Part shown: positions 46,938 to 57,298 of the stretch, piece by piece
Numbering within the stretch: position 1 is the stretch's first letter
Layout: every line of letters begins with the position of its first letter
Notes under the pieces: generated by a model
Database searches by the model: none
What the model saw: only the letters and a program-made list of their open reading frames with translations
What the model was told of the DNA's origin: nothing
DNA from: Nitrospirota bacterium
GTDB taxonomy: Bacteria; Nitrospirota; Thermodesulfovibrionia; UBA6902
Reading direction: 5' to 3'
Length of the DNA: 64,000 nt
Assembly: GCA_016222905.1 (NCBI GenBank)
Contig: JACRPZ010000005.1
Span: forward strand, 142 to 64,141
Translations under genes and position numbers: made by a program

Positions 46938-48239
46938 TCATCTCTTCTTCAATGCCTCTTCAACTGTTTTTATAGCGCAGAAATCTCCGCACATGCTGCA
47001 TACATGAGACTCGGTCGGCGGGACTTCGGCGCGCCACTGTCTCACTTTGTCCGGATTCAATGACAAAGCTATCTGACCGTTCCAGTCGAGCGCTTTTCTC
47101 CTCTTTGCCATTTCAATGTCGAGGTCTATCGCGCCTTTGACGCCCTTTGCAATATCTGCTGCATGAGCCGCTATCTTTGATGCGATGACGCCTTCTTTCA
47201 CGTCTTCAATATTCGGAAGTCTGATATGTTCGGCAGGCGTAACGTAGCAAAGGAAATCCGCTCCCGCCGCTCCGGCGATAGCTCCGCCTATGGCAGCGGC
47301 GATATGATCATAGCCCATTGCAATATCAGTCACAAGAGGGCCGAGCACATAGAACGGCGCGCCTTTGCAGATCTCCTTCTGCATTTTGATGTTCAGCTCA
47401 ACCTGATTGATCGGTACGTGACCGGGGCCCTCGATAATCACCTGCACGCCTGCCTTAACAGCCCTCTCCTGTAACCCGCCGAGTGTCAGCAGTTCATCTA
47501 TCTGCGTTCTGTCAGTTGCGTCTGCGATGCATCCGGGACGCGCGCTATCGCCGAGACTCAATGTGAGGTCATACTTTCTTGAAATCTCAAGAAGCCTGTC
47601 ATAATCCTCATAAAGCGGATTTTCCCTGTCGTTGTATATCATCCACTCAACAAGAAACGCACCGCCTCTGCTGACAATATCAAGTATCCTGCCCTCGTTA
47701 CGCAGTGTCTCTATAGTCCTTCTCGTAAATCCGCTGTGGACCGTTACAAAATCCACACCCTGTTCAGCATGTTCTTCTATGACTGTGAAAAGGTCGTCAG
47801 CGCTCATTTTTGAGATCGAGCCTCTCTCTTCAGCGGCCTTTGCAACCGCTTCGTAAATCGGAACTGTCCCGACCGCAACAGGAGATTTTCTGAGGAGCAG
47901 CTTTCTGATGTCCCTTATCGGGCCTCCGGTAGAGAGATCCATAACAGCATCAGCGCCGTATTTCACAAGCACGTCGAGCTTTTCCATCTCATCATCAAGA
48001 GAGATCTTGTCCTTTGACGTGCCGATGTTCGCGTTTATCTTTGTCCTTAACCCTCTGCCGATGCCGAGAGGCTTAATGTCGTGGAAAGCATTCCGAGAGA
48101 TGACTGTAAATCCTGACGCAATATCCTGTGATAATTTCTCAGGCTCAATGCCCTCATCAAGCGCAACCTGCTTCACCTCTTCAGTGATGATGCCCTTCTT
48201 TGCGATATCTATCCTTGTTTCTTTTATATCTCCGGCCAT
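46938..48239 (-). CDS. thiC: Phosphomethylpyrimidine synthase
   Basis: KINANIGTS, VMDLSTG, SRGG, EGPGH, CSMCGDFC. Confidence 0.97.
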   Translation of the reverse strand: MAGDIKETRIDIAKKGIITEEVKQVALDEGIEPEKLSQDIASGFTVISRNAFHDIKPLGIGRGLRTKINANIGTSKDKISLDDEMEKLDVLVKYGADAVMDLSTGGPIRDIRKLLLRKSPVAVGTVPIYEAVAKAAEERGSISKMSADDLFTVIEEHAEQGVDFVTVHSGFTRRTIETLRNEGRILDIVSRGGAFLVEWMIYNDRENPLYEDYDRLLEISRKYDLTLSLGDSARPGCIADATDRTQIDELLTLGGLQERAVKAGVQVIIEGPGHVPINQVELNIKMQKEICKGAPFYVLGPLVTDIAMGYDHIAAAIGGAIAGAAGADFLCYVTPAEHIRLPNIEDVKEGVIASKIAAHAADIAKGVKGAIDLDIEMAKRRKALDWNGQIALSLNPDKVRQWRAEVPPTESHVCSMCGDFCAIKTVEEALKKR

Positions 48240-48240
48240 T

Positions 48241-48876
48241 TCACTCTCCTAAAATATTTATTAGTTCTCTTGTCTTTTCTTTTATATCATCGGCACATAA
48301 TATCTCGGATATCATGGCCGCCCCGTATGCGCCGGACTTCTTCACTTCATCTATATTTTCAGACTTTACACCGCCAAGCGCTAAGACAGGTATACTCATC
48401 TCCTTGCAAACATTCTTCAGCCTGCTTAATCCAAGAGGCGTGCCGTACTTTAATTTTGAAGAAGTTTTGTAAAGAGGCCCGAATGTTACGAAATCAGCCC
48501 CGCCCTGCTCAGCCTCTTTTGCCTCTTTCAAAGAATGAGTTGAAACTCCAATCATCAATCTCTTCTTCACAACCTTTCTCACTGCATATGCTGGAATACT
48601 GTTCTGTGTAAGATGAACTCCATCTGCTCCGACTGCGAGCGCAATGTCAAGTCTGTCATTGATGAAAAGTCTCGCTTCATATTTCATAGTCAACTCTCTC
48701 ATTCTGTATGCCAGCTTCAACAACTCCCGCATCTCCAAATCTTTCTCTCTAAGTTGTACCACCTTCACCCCGCCTTTCAACGCCTGCCTGACGGCAGCAA
48801 TGAGCGAATAGCTATCAGCAATCAGTTTTCTGTCCGAAATTAAATAGAGATTGAAGTCTATGTTTCTCTTTTTCAC
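48241..48876 (-). CDS. thiE: Thiamine-phosphate synthase
   Basis: VQLREK, INDR.D, GVHL, GVSTHS, ALGG. Confidence 0.93.
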   Translation of the reverse strand: MKKRNIDFNLYLISDRKLIADSYSLIAAVRQALKGGVKVVQLREKDLEMRELLKLAYRMRELTMKYEARLFINDRLDIALAVGADGVHLTQNSIPAYAVRKVVKKRLMIGVSTHSLKEAKEAEQGGADFVTFGPLYKTSSKLKYGTPLGLSRLKNVCKEMSIPVLALGGVKSENIDEVKKSGAYGAAMISEILCADDIKEKTRELINILGE

Positions 48877-48895
48877 TCTTAATTTTTAACTGTTT

Positions 48896-49666
48896 TTAAA
48901 GCATTCCCTGTATCGGACTGCTTGCAGTCGCATATAGCTTTCTCTCTATCCTGCCCGCCTTATATGAAAGGCGTCCTGCCATTACGCCATACTTCATGGC
49001 TGTTGCCATTGCAATAGGGTCTTTCGCTCCTGCTATCGCGGTATTCAGCAGCACAGCATCACATCCAAGCTCCATCGCTATCGCAACATCAGAAGCAGTG
49101 CCAACACCTGCGTCAACAACAATAGGCACTTTCGCCTGTTCTAATATTATTTTTATGTTGTATGGATTTCGTATTCCAAGTCCCGAACCTATCGGAGCGG
49201 CAAGCGGCATGACAGCAGCAGCGCCAGCATCTACAAGACGCAATGCCATAACAGGGTCATCATTAGTATATGGAAGGACAATGAACCCCTCTTTCGCAAG
49301 TATCTCAGTCGCCTTGAGTGTTGCGCATGCATCAGGGAAGAGCGTCTTCTCATCACCTATGACCTCAAGCTTTATCAGGTCAGAGACCCCGGCCTCTCTC
49401 GCAAGTCGTGCATATCTCAATGCGTCTTCCATTGTATAGCAGCCTGCTGTGTTGGGAAGTATCTTGTACTTTTTGGGGTCTATGTAATCAAAGAGATTCT
49501 CTGATTTATTGTCAAAGATATTGGTACGTCTTACGGCAACGGTGACAACGTCAGCGCCCGATGCCTCGATGGCCTTTGCTGTCTCTTCAAAGTCTTTATA
49601 CTTCCCGGTCCCGACCCAGAGACGGGATTTGAATTCAATGCCTTTAATAACCAGTTTATCTTCCAT
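48896..49666 (-). CDS. thiG: Thiazole synthase
   Basis: GTGKY, LPNTAGC, IKLEV, PIGSGLG, DAGVG; GGAGA RBS before ATG 49666. Confidence 0.96.
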   Translation of the reverse strand: MEDKLVIKGIEFKSRLWVGTGKYKDFEETAKAIEASGADVVTVAVRRTNIFDNKSENLFDYIDPKKYKILPNTAGCYTMEDALRYARLAREAGVSDLIKLEVIGDEKTLFPDACATLKATEILAKEGFIVLPYTNDDPVMALRLVDAGAAAVMPLAAPIGSGLGIRNPYNIKIILEQAKVPIVVDAGVGTASDVAIAMELGCDAVLLNTAIAGAKDPIAMATAMKYGVMAGRLSYKAGRIERKLYATASSPIQGML

Positions 49667-49726
49667 ACGTTCTCCGATTTTTATATTTTGTTTTAACTCC
49701 AAACTCTAAACTCTCAACTGTCTTTT

Positions 49727-49927
49727 CTATCCTCCTCCGACAAAATTTACTATCTCTACCGCATCGCCGTCTTTCAGAGCGTGTTCATTGAAATTGCACT
49801 TCTTCACGATCTGCAAATTCACCTCAACGGCAACCCGCGCAGGTTCGATCTTCAGGGTTTCAAGAAGTCCTGAAACCGTGAAGCCGTCCTGCATTTCTGA
49901 TTCTGTCCCGTTTATTTTAAGTTTCAT
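49727..49927 (-). CDS. thiS: Sulfur carrier ThiS
   Basis: AVEVN, EIVNFVGGG C-terminus. Confidence 0.95.
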   Translation of the reverse strand: MKLKINGTESEMQDGFTVSGLLETLKIEPARVAVEVNLQIVKKCNFNEHALKDGDAVEIVNFVGGG

Positions 49928-50039
49928 ATTAATTACCGAGCAAAGTTTTTATTATCTCTGTTTAGCTGTCATTCCGGCTTGCCTGTGCCCTATGTTTGGG
50001 TATCCAGAATCCTTCCTTAAGAAGGAGCATAAAAATATC

Positions 50040-50123
50040 ACCCTCCCCTTAGTCCCCTCCCCTCAAGGGAGGGGAATTGAAAGAGTCCCCTCGCCCCTTG
50101 GGGGAGAGGGTTAGGGAGAGGGG
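50040..50123. repeat. Paired REP/MITE-like element inside the thi operon
   Basis: Same two units as 13968-14057, in the opposite order. Confidence 0.8.
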
Positions 50124-50149
50124 TATTTTCGGTTCAAGGACACCCCTGG

Positions 50150-51457
50150 TTAAATATGTATATCCCTTTCCCCCGATTCTATCAACTTAAATTTCTCAGC
50201 CAGCCCGTTTGAGCTTTTTGCTATCTCTTCATCAAGCACCTTCTTTAATTTTTTCTTTACTTCGCCTGAAGCGCAGTCTTCAAGATATTCTTTCAGGCTC
50301 AACATCGCATTCTCGTGACAAAAATTTTTAATGCCCTCTTTCTCCGCAAGCTCTCTGAATCTCCCGCCGCTTCTGCCTTCCCTGTAACATGCGGTGCAAA
50401 GACTCGGCACAAGCCCGAGACTGACTATCTTATCTATAACTTCCTCCAAACTCCGCGCATCTCCTATCTCAAATTGTTCCGTATCGCCGTCGTGAAGATA
50501 GCCTGAGGGGCTTGTCTTTGAACCTGCAGATATCTGTGATGCACCGGTTGAAAGCAGTTCGTCTCTCAATTGAGCCGGCTCTCTTGTAGAGACAACAACT
50601 CCGACATACGGAAGCGCAAGCCTGTAGATAGCGACTATCTTTTTCAGATCATTATCAGATACTTTATGCTTCCAATTTATCCATGACCCTTGTGCAGGTT
50701 GAAGCCTCGGCACTGAGAGCGTGTGCGGCCCGAAGCCATATTTATTGATCAATCTGCGGCAGTGTGAGATCAATGCAGCAGCCTCCCACCGCCAATCATA
50801 AAGGCCGAGCAGCACGCCCATTCCCACGTCCTCAAAGCCAGCCTCAATCGCCCGGTCTATGACGCCGAGCCTCCAGGCGTAATCCGATTTAGCGCCGATT
50901 GGGTGCATGTGCCTGTATGTGGGGATGTGATAGGTCTCCTGAAAACACTGATACACGCCGATGCCCGCGCTTTTCAGCTTCCTGAAATCTTCCACGCTCA
51001 TCGGCGCAGTGTTAGCGTGAAGAATACGGATGTCCGTATTTTTGTAAATGGCATTTGCAACCTGCCCGATATAATCAATGCCTGCAAGTTTTGCGTGCTC
51101 GCTCGTTACGAGCAGAAGTCTCTTGTAGCCTCTGCCCGCAAGCAGTTTCGCTTCCTGAACCGCCTCGTCCACGCTAAGGGTTTTCCTTACTGCGTCTTTA
51201 TTGCCCTTTCTGAATCCGCAGTAGAGGCAGTCATTGGAGCACTCATTAGAAAGATAAAGCGGGGCAAAGAGAACTATACGTTTTCTGTAAACTTTCTCTT
51301 TGACCTTTCGGGCTGTGTCAAAGACCTCATCCCATAAAGCCTTATCCTCAAGTGCGAGAAGGCTTGACACCTCAGTCATATCAAGCACCCGAAGCTCAAG
51401 AGACTTGGCAAGTATCTCGCGGATGAAAGAAGGGTCAGTGTTTATATGTTTATTCAT
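50150..51457 (-). CDS. Radical SAM tyrosine lyase, HydG-type sequence in ThiH position
   Basis: FAPLYLSNEC..DCLYC, FQETY, GPHTLSVPRL, STRE, SAGSKT, C-terminal CTAC-x22-C. Confidence 0.88.
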   Translation of the reverse strand: MNKHINTDPSFIREILAKSLELRVLDMTEVSSLLALEDKALWDEVFDTARKVKEKVYRKRIVLFAPLYLSNECSNDCLYCGFRKGNKDAVRKTLSVDEAVQEAKLLAGRGYKRLLLVTSEHAKLAGIDYIGQVANAIYKNTDIRILHANTAPMSVEDFRKLKSAGIGVYQCFQETYHIPTYRHMHPIGAKSDYAWRLGVIDRAIEAGFEDVGMGVLLGLYDWRWEAAALISHCRRLINKYGFGPHTLSVPRLQPAQGSWINWKHKVSDNDLKKIVAIYRLALPYVGVVVSTREPAQLRDELLSTGASQISAGSKTSPSGYLHDGDTEQFEIGDARSLEEVIDKIVSLGLVPSLCTACYREGRSGGRFRELAEKEGIKNFCHENAMLSLKEYLEDCASGEVKKKLKKVLDEEIAKSSNGLAEKFKLIESGERDIHI

Positions 51458-51552
51458 AATTATTGAGGCACAAAGGCACAGAGTAGCAAAGGGACAAAGT
51501 AAAAACTTTGAGCCTCAGTGCCTTTGTCTCTCTGCAACTTTCTTTAAAAAAT

Positions 51553-51594
51553 AAAAAACCGTATCCCTTGGTATTGAACCTAAAGGAATACGGT
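51553..51594 (-). terminator. Riboswitch expression-platform terminator
   Basis: ACCGTATTCCTT...AAGGGATACGG followed by TTTTTT on the minus strand. Confidence 0.75.
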
Positions 51595-51607
51595 GAATGA
51601 TTCTTCA

Positions 51608-51696
51608 TCCCTTTCCTCCGCCGGCATTATCCGGTTCAGGTTCGCGGGGTCTTCCCGAAACATCGGGAACTCTCAGGCTAATGCCTCCCCCAGGGT
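51608..51696 (-). promoter_or_regulatory. TPP riboswitch
   Basis: CCCTGGGGGAG..CTGAGAG...ACCC..GAACCTGAACCGGATAATGCCGGCGGAGGAAAGGG upstream of the thi operon. Confidence 0.93.
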
Positions 51697-51884
51697 ATTT
51701 AAAGTATATCTTCTCTCATAGAAAAGTGTCAACGATAAGAGAAAAGTCCCGCTGTTAGACTTTTGGGATAAGCCGTGCTACATTGTATAATTAACAATTT
51801 CATTGATTCCCTGAAGTCCGTGCCTATTTTTACTTCTTAAGGAAGGTCTAAACTGTAAACGCTTTTAGTGATTTCTTTACCTTA

Positions 51885-52880
51885 TTACGCCCCCACCAGA
51901 TGCTCAAGCGCTTCAAGCTGCTTTGTCTCTCCCATTGCAATAAGGGTGTCTCCCTGCTTTATGACGCTTGCCGAGGTCGGGTTAAACTCCATGTCGCCTG
52001 CTGCTCTCTTTATTGCAACGATTATTATTCCCAAATCCTTCCTTATTCCGCACTCATCAAGCCCTCGCCCCACAATATTAGAACCTTCTTTGACCTTGAT
52101 CTCTTCTATCTGAAGCTCAATGTTTCTGCTCCGTGTGGCAAATTCAATAAAATCAACAACAGCAGGCTTTAAGACCGTATGAGCTATCCTTACTCCGCCG
52201 ATATGGTATGGCGAGATAACATTATCAGCTCCCGCCCGAACCAGCTTATCCTCAACCCCTTCCTCGCTCGCTCTTGCCACGATCTTGAGTTTCGGGTTAA
52301 GGCCCCTTGCGGAAAGCACCACATAAAGGTTCTCAGCATCCGATGAAAGCACCGAGATTAAAGCACTCGCTCTCTCAACTCCCGCAGTTTTCAGAACAGA
52401 ATCCTGAGTTGCATCTCCCTCAAGCACAAGGATATCCTTGTCAACAGAGTTAAGTATTCCGGAGGTCTTTTCAATAACTACAAAAGAAGCGTTGTTCTGC
52501 ATCATCTCTTTGCATATTATCTTTCCCATTCTTCCGTAACCGCAGATAATGTAATGATTTTCTATCTTCTCGATCTTCTTATTCAATTTTTTCCTCCCTA
52601 AGATTTCTCTTATTTCTCCCTCGAAAATTACCCGTGCCGCAACGCCCAGCGCATAGAACATGGCTCCGACACCTGAGAGTATCAGGAGAATTGTAAATGC
52701 TCTGCCTGTATTGGTCAAAGCATGCACTTCTCCATATCCTACGGTAGTCAGAGTGATAATCGTCATATACAGCGAATCGAAAAAGTTCCATCCCTCTATC
52801 ACTGAGTAGCCGATTGTTCCAAAGGATATGACCCCAATTATGGCAACAATAGGGTATATTATCCGGAGTTTCAAATCCAT
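51885..52880 (-). CDS. Potassium channel protein with TrkA-N/C (RCK) domains
   Basis: TTVGYG filter, CGYGRMG. Confidence 0.94.
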   Translation of the reverse strand: MDLKLRIIYPIVAIIGVISFGTIGYSVIEGWNFFDSLYMTIITLTTVGYGEVHALTNTGRAFTILLILSGVGAMFYALGVAARVIFEGEIREILGRKKLNKKIEKIENHYIICGYGRMGKIICKEMMQNNASFVVIEKTSGILNSVDKDILVLEGDATQDSVLKTAGVERASALISVLSSDAENLYVVLSARGLNPKLKIVARASEEGVEDKLVRAGADNVISPYHIGGVRIAHTVLKPAVVDFIEFATRSRNIELQIEEIKVKEGSNIVGRGLDECGIRKDLGIIIVAIKRAAGDMEFNPTSASVIKQGDTLIAMGETKQLEALEHLVGA

Positions 52881-52951
52881 GAGTAATTATAAAGAATTAC
52901 GCTGTGCTTTAGCCATAAATGCTGATATTTCTTGTAATCTTACTACAGTTT

Positions 52952-53042
52952 CCCCTTTCCCCTTGAGGGAGAGGGTTAGAGTGAGGGGTAATTTAACAAG
53001 ACTTTTCACACTTCCCTTAATCCCCTCCCCTCAAGGGAGGGG
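52952..53042. repeat. Paired REP/MITE-like element
   Basis: Similar to 13968-14057 including the spacer. Confidence 0.8.
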
Positions 53043-53069
53043 AGATAACTTACGGTCATTACCAGGGAT

Positions 53070-54386
53070 TTAACCGACTTTTTTGATCAAGCTGAATAAC
53101 TTATCTGCCAGCTTGGTATTAATGGTCTTCAGCGTCTTATATTTTTCGAGGGCTGCGCCTTTATCGTTCAGGAATAAATAGACAATGCCGAGATTGTAAT
53201 GCGCTTCAGCGTAATCGGGCCTGTATTTTAAAACCTTTTGAAAGGCCGAGGCTGCTTCGCGGTAGGAAGCTGATTTTTCATAGGCGATTCCGAGGTTGTA
53301 GTGTGCGTCCGCAAAATCAGGTTTAAGCATAACAGCCTGTTTGCCTGCCTCGATCCCCTCTTTGTACATGCCGAGCTTCCCATAGGCAACGCCTAAATTG
53401 TAATACGCATCCGCAAAATCAGGTTCAAGCCTTACAGCCTGCTTCAATACTTCCACAGCCTCTTTATACATGGCGAGTTTTCCATAGGTAATTCCGAGAC
53501 TGAAGTGAGCGTCTGCAAAATCAGCGTTTAATTTTATCGCCTCCCTGTAATCCCTTGCAGCCTCTTTATACTTACCCCTATTTTCATATGCTACGCCTCG
53601 ATAATAGCGGGCATCCGCAAAACCGGGCTTCCGACTTATCGCCTCTGTGAACACATCTATTGCATCTTTATGCGCTCCAACCTCGGAGAGATAATAGCCG
53701 AGATAAAACCAGTACTCTGCTGTATTACGGTAATTTTTTATTATGCTCTCTATTGCGGTAACCGCCCCACTGATCTTCAATTTGTCTCTAATGACATCCG
53801 CAGGCATTGCAAGGATGAGGTTTTCTGTTCTTTTTATGAGAAATGTTGTCATGCCGATAACCTCACCGTTCTTGTTAAATAAGGGGCTGCCGCTGCTTCC
53901 ATGCGAAACCGGAGCAGTAATCTCGACAACCTTTCGTCCTGGAGAGATTATCCTCATCCTCCTGAATGTGCCTTTAGAAATAGTATTCCCGGAATCTTTC
54001 GAGCTGCTTATGATATAAACTTTCTCGCCTGAATTTATCTGCCCGGCATCTCCGAATTTTACGGGATGCAGATCTTTCCCTTTTACCCTGAGTATCACAA
54101 AATCGTTTTCCTTGTCTGCGTACATCACTCCTTCAACATCCAGAACCTTGATACCCGACCTTATCTTTATATCCTTTGCAATACCTATAACATGATAGTT
54201 TGTAATCACCGCGCCATCCGCGCTTGCGATAAATCCTGTCCCTTCGGTAAGCGGCTCGCCTTTTTTGTTATACGCTGTAACAACAACTATTGACTCTTGA
54301 TTCTCCCTGAAAACCGTGTAGTTATCAGCGGAAGAGAGAGAGGGAAACAATAATAATGCGATCAGCAGCAGGAATTTTTTCACCAT
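53070..54386 (-). CDS. Exported trypsin-like serine protease with TPR repeats
   Basis: GTGF, TNYHV, D, GSSGSPL triad; multiple PDFADA(H/Y)YNLG TPRs. Confidence 0.9.
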   Translation of the reverse strand: MVKKFLLLIALLLFPSLSSADNYTVFRENQESIVVVTAYNKKGEPLTEGTGFIASADGAVITNYHVIGIAKDIKIRSGIKVLDVEGVMYADKENDFVILRVKGKDLHPVKFGDAGQINSGEKVYIISSSKDSGNTISKGTFRRMRIISPGRKVVEITAPVSHGSSGSPLFNKNGEVIGMTTFLIKRTENLILAMPADVIRDKLKISGAVTAIESIIKNYRNTAEYWFYLGYYLSEVGAHKDAIDVFTEAISRKPGFADARYYRGVAYENRGKYKEAARDYREAIKLNADFADAHFSLGITYGKLAMYKEAVEVLKQAVRLEPDFADAYYNLGVAYGKLGMYKEGIEAGKQAVMLKPDFADAHYNLGIAYEKSASYREAASAFQKVLKYRPDYAEAHYNLGIVYLFLNDKGAALEKYKTLKTINTKLADKLFSLIKKVG

Positions 54387-54432
54387 CAGATTATAACAGT
54401 ATGGAAAATTTATTTAAGGACAGAGGGGGGTA

Positions 54433-55218
54433 TCATCCGATTATATCATTTAGGGTTACAACACCTCTACATGGTTCTATCTTGTTGATCAGAACGGGTG
54501 TTGTCTGAAGATACGTTATAAGACCTTTAACTTCACCGCCTGTAATAAAAAACGCCCTGCCGCCATATGGGATACCTTTCTTTTTAATGCGCGGAAGTCT
54601 TATATATCCGTGAGCGCGTGTGGCTACATATCCTGTTGTATAGCCAGGGTTGTCCGAGATGCAAAGTTCGCCGAGTATCATTGGATGGCGATGCACCTTA
54701 CTTACAAGTATCAGCGCCTCTTTTACTGTACTATTGTTAATGCCGAGTTTTCCTAATTTCATAGAGAGGTCTGCTGAAGCCTCTTTTGTTATGCCCATTC
54801 GCGTAACCCTGACACCTCTTAAAAGGTCCGGCTCCAGTCTTACACCTTCAATATCCAGCAGCATAGCACCTCTCATGGTAATCCCAAGGGTGAGACATTT
54901 AAACGCCTCCTCTATGGCCCTCTCGGTAATGCCTACTGACGAGAGTATTTTAGAGGATGCCCTTTTTGCTGCTTCGGCATTTCTTGTGTTTAGAGTGTAA
55001 AGCGGCAGAGAATGGATTCTGACGGGTTTCTCTTTAAGCTCTTCAACAATAATCCTTATCTCCTCAGCTCTCCCCTTTTCATGCAAAAAAGTCCTTTTTG
55101 TATATTCCTGAACTATAGTTACAACATCATCCTTATCATATATGCCTTCGGCGCCAGATATATGCATGCTGCCTCTGGACGCCCTCATCCTGACGCTGTA
55201 GAAAGTTAGTTTAGGCAT
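54433..55218 (-). CDS. bioW: 6-carboxyhexanoate-CoA ligase
   Basis: YSVRMRAS, HISGAE, MRGA, ELCISDNPGYTTGY. Confidence 0.93.
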   Translation of the reverse strand: MPKLTFYSVRMRASRGSMHISGAEGIYDKDDVVTIVQEYTKRTFLHEKGRAEEIRIIVEELKEKPVRIHSLPLYTLNTRNAEAAKRASSKILSSVGITERAIEEAFKCLTLGITMRGAMLLDIEGVRLEPDLLRGVRVTRMGITKEASADLSMKLGKLGINNSTVKEALILVSKVHRHPMILGELCISDNPGYTTGYVATRAHGYIRLPRIKKKGIPYGGRAFFITGGEVKGLITYLQTTPVLINKIEPCRGVVTLNDIIG

Positions 55219-56177
55219 TACAATTCAAGTCCCATATCTTTGATCATCTGTATATCTTCCGCAGGATCTCCTCCTGATGTAGTCAGGTAATTGCCGATCA
55301 GAAGTCCATCGGCTCCGGCCAAAAAAAGATGAGAGGTAAGCCCTCTTAAAGTTGAACGCCGTCCTCCGCATATCCTGATTTCACGGTCAGGCATTATAAT
55401 CCTGTAGATCGCTACTATTTTCAGCGCCTCCATAGGAGAGAGCGTTTGGCTGTTTCCCATAGGTGTTCCGGCTATCGGCGATAAGAAGTTTATCGGCACA
55501 GAGTCAGCGCCTGTATCCCTGATTGCAAAAGCCATATCAATACGGTCCTCCCATGACTCTCCAAGTCCGAATATACCCCCGCTGCATACTGAAAGACCAA
55601 GAGATTTGGCGCAGTTAATGGTCCTTAATTTGTCTTTATATGTATGCGTAGTGCATATCTCTTTAAAGAAGGCTTCAGAAGTCTCAAGGTTATGATGATA
55701 TCTGTGAAGTCCCGCGTCTCTTAACCGGCTTAACTGATATTCATCAAGCATGCCGAGTGTAGCACATGGTAACAGACCCATGAGGCTTATATCTGAAATA
55801 AGATCGCATATTTTATCAAGTTCGCTTGCAGATGTTTTTTTGCCGCTCGTTACAATGCAGAAACGCCTGGCTCTATTTTCTTTGGCTGAGAGCGCGGCCT
55901 TAAGTATCTCTTTTTTCTCAAGCAGCGGATAAACCTTTGCGGCTGTCCTGCTGTGAGCGGACTGCGCGCAGAACGAGCAGTCTTCAGGGCACGCCCCTGA
56001 TTTGGCATTTATAATTGAACATAAATCAACCTTGCTGCCTTTGTGCTCTATCCTCAACTTGTTGGCAATATAAAGAAGCTCATATATTTCCGCCCCTTTC
56101 ATGGTTGAGAAAGAGAGGGCGCTCTTTTTCTCAATTATATGCTCCGTACTATACTTTGTGACCGTTTTGGCTGGCAT
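55218..56177 (-). CDS. bioB: Biotin synthase
   Basis: CPEDCSFCAQS, HHNLET, CSGGIFGLGE, GNYLTT. Confidence 0.96.
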   Translation of the reverse strand: MPAKTVTKYSTEHIIEKKSALSFSTMKGAEIYELLYIANKLRIEHKGSKVDLCSIINAKSGACPEDCSFCAQSAHSRTAAKVYPLLEKKEILKAALSAKENRARRFCIVTSGKKTSASELDKICDLISDISLMGLLPCATLGMLDEYQLSRLRDAGLHRYHHNLETSEAFFKEICTTHTYKDKLRTINCAKSLGLSVCSGGIFGLGESWEDRIDMAFAIRDTGADSVPINFLSPIAGTPMGNSQTLSPMEALKIVAIYRIIMPDREIRICGGRRSTLRGLTSHLFLAGADGLLIGNYLTTSGGDPAEDIQMIKDMGLEL

Positions 56178-56251
56178 CGTGTATTATTTACATGAATTGC
56201 GGACATTGTCAATATTTGGGAAAACAAGCTTGGGCAGATAATGTAGAACTT

Positions 56252-56533
56252 TCAGTAGCCGTATCTTATATCAAAGCGGTCAAATTCACCGGTATATTCA
56301 TCCCATTTTTCTTCAATTTTTGAGACATAGGCGCCCGAAGGGCCATTCCGGCACCACTGCAAAACCTGAGTAAGATCCTTTTCATGACCTTCGAAGAGAG
56401 CCTCAACAGAGCCGTCAGGCATATTTCTTACCCATCCTTTCAGGCCGAGCTTTACCGCAATGTCCCTTGTGCTTGCCCGATAGAGTACGCCCTGGACACG
56501 TCCCTTAATAATCAGATGAAGTCGCTTTTGCAT
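56252..56533 (-). CDS. acyP: Acylphosphatase
   Basis: GRVQGV.YR, GWVRN..DGSVE. Confidence 0.93.
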   Translation of the reverse strand: MQKRLHLIIKGRVQGVLYRASTRDIAVKLGLKGWVRNMPDGSVEALFEGHEKDLTQVLQWCRNGPSGAYVSKIEEKWDEYTGEFDRFDIRYGY

Positions 56534-56587
56534 ATAAAAGTAAAGAAATCTTTCCGTTTGAATATAGCAGAAAAATGCAAAAAGTTC

Positions 56588-56640
56588 TTGACAATCGGAT
56601 CCGCATATGCTTTAGTAATAGTTACAATATAATAATCATT
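56588..56640 (+). promoter_or_regulatory. Promoter with Fur/PerR-like box upstream of the oxidative-stress cluster
   Basis: TTGACA at 56588; AGTAA-TAG-TTACA followed by ATAATAATCATT. Confidence 0.5.
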
Positions 56641-56674
56641 CTATTTAACTAAACTAAAAAAGGAGGGCGGAGAA

Positions 56675-57295
56675 ATGACGGAAATATGCGAATGTTTAGG
56701 GTGTAATGTGGGGGCCAAGGTGCCGGATTTTCAGATGGAGACTTATGAGCCGGCAAAGGCGGATTTTGGGGAGATAAGCCTCAGGAACCTCATGAAGAAC
56801 AAGAAGTGGACAATACTCTTCTTCTATCCGGCCGACTTCACTTTTGTATGCGCAACAGAATTTGCAGCTTTAGCTGATGCGTACAAAGAGATCAAAAAAC
56901 TCGGGGCAGAGGTCATCACCGTCAGCGCTGATACGAAATTTGTACATCTTGCCTGGCAGAGGGAGGAGAAACAGCTTGAGAAGGTTTTATACCCTATGGG
57001 TTCAGACACAACCGGCAAGGTTTCAAAAATGTTCGGTGTTTATGACAGCGCGACAGGGCTTGCGCTGAGGGGAACATTTATCATAAGTCCTGAAGGCAGT
57101 CTTGTCAGTTCTGAGGTAAACTATTATAATGTGGGAAGAAACATTGACGAACTGCTGAGAAAGCTTAAGGCTAATATATATGTTTCAAAGTATAGCGATC
57201 AGGTCTGCCCGGCTTCATGGAAAGAGTCAGGAGACAAAACACTTAAGCCCTCAGCAAAGCTTGTCGGCAGAGTTCATGAGGCTTTAAACAAATAA
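56675..57295 (+). CDS. Peroxiredoxin (AhpC/TSA)
   Basis: FYPADFTFVCATE, LRGTFII, VGRN, VCPASW. Confidence 0.93.
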   Translation: MTEICECLGCNVGAKVPDFQMETYEPAKADFGEISLRNLMKNKKWTILFFYPADFTFVCATEFAALADAYKEIKKLGAEVITVSADTKFVHLAWQREEKQLEKVLYPMGSDTTGKVSKMFGVYDSATGLALRGTFIISPEGSLVSSEVNYYNVGRNIDELLRKLKANIYVSKYSDQVCPASWKESGDKTLKPSAKLVGRVHEALNK

Positions 57296-57298
57296 AAC

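Noticed and set aside
50150-51457. [FeFe]-hydrogenase maturation cluster
   Set aside because: No hydA/E/F nearby; the context is thiamine biosynthesis
56840-56890. Peroxiredoxin as a second selenoprotein
   Set aside because: Active-site codon is TGC (Cys) and no SECIS is evident, so this window gives no independent proof of Sec usage
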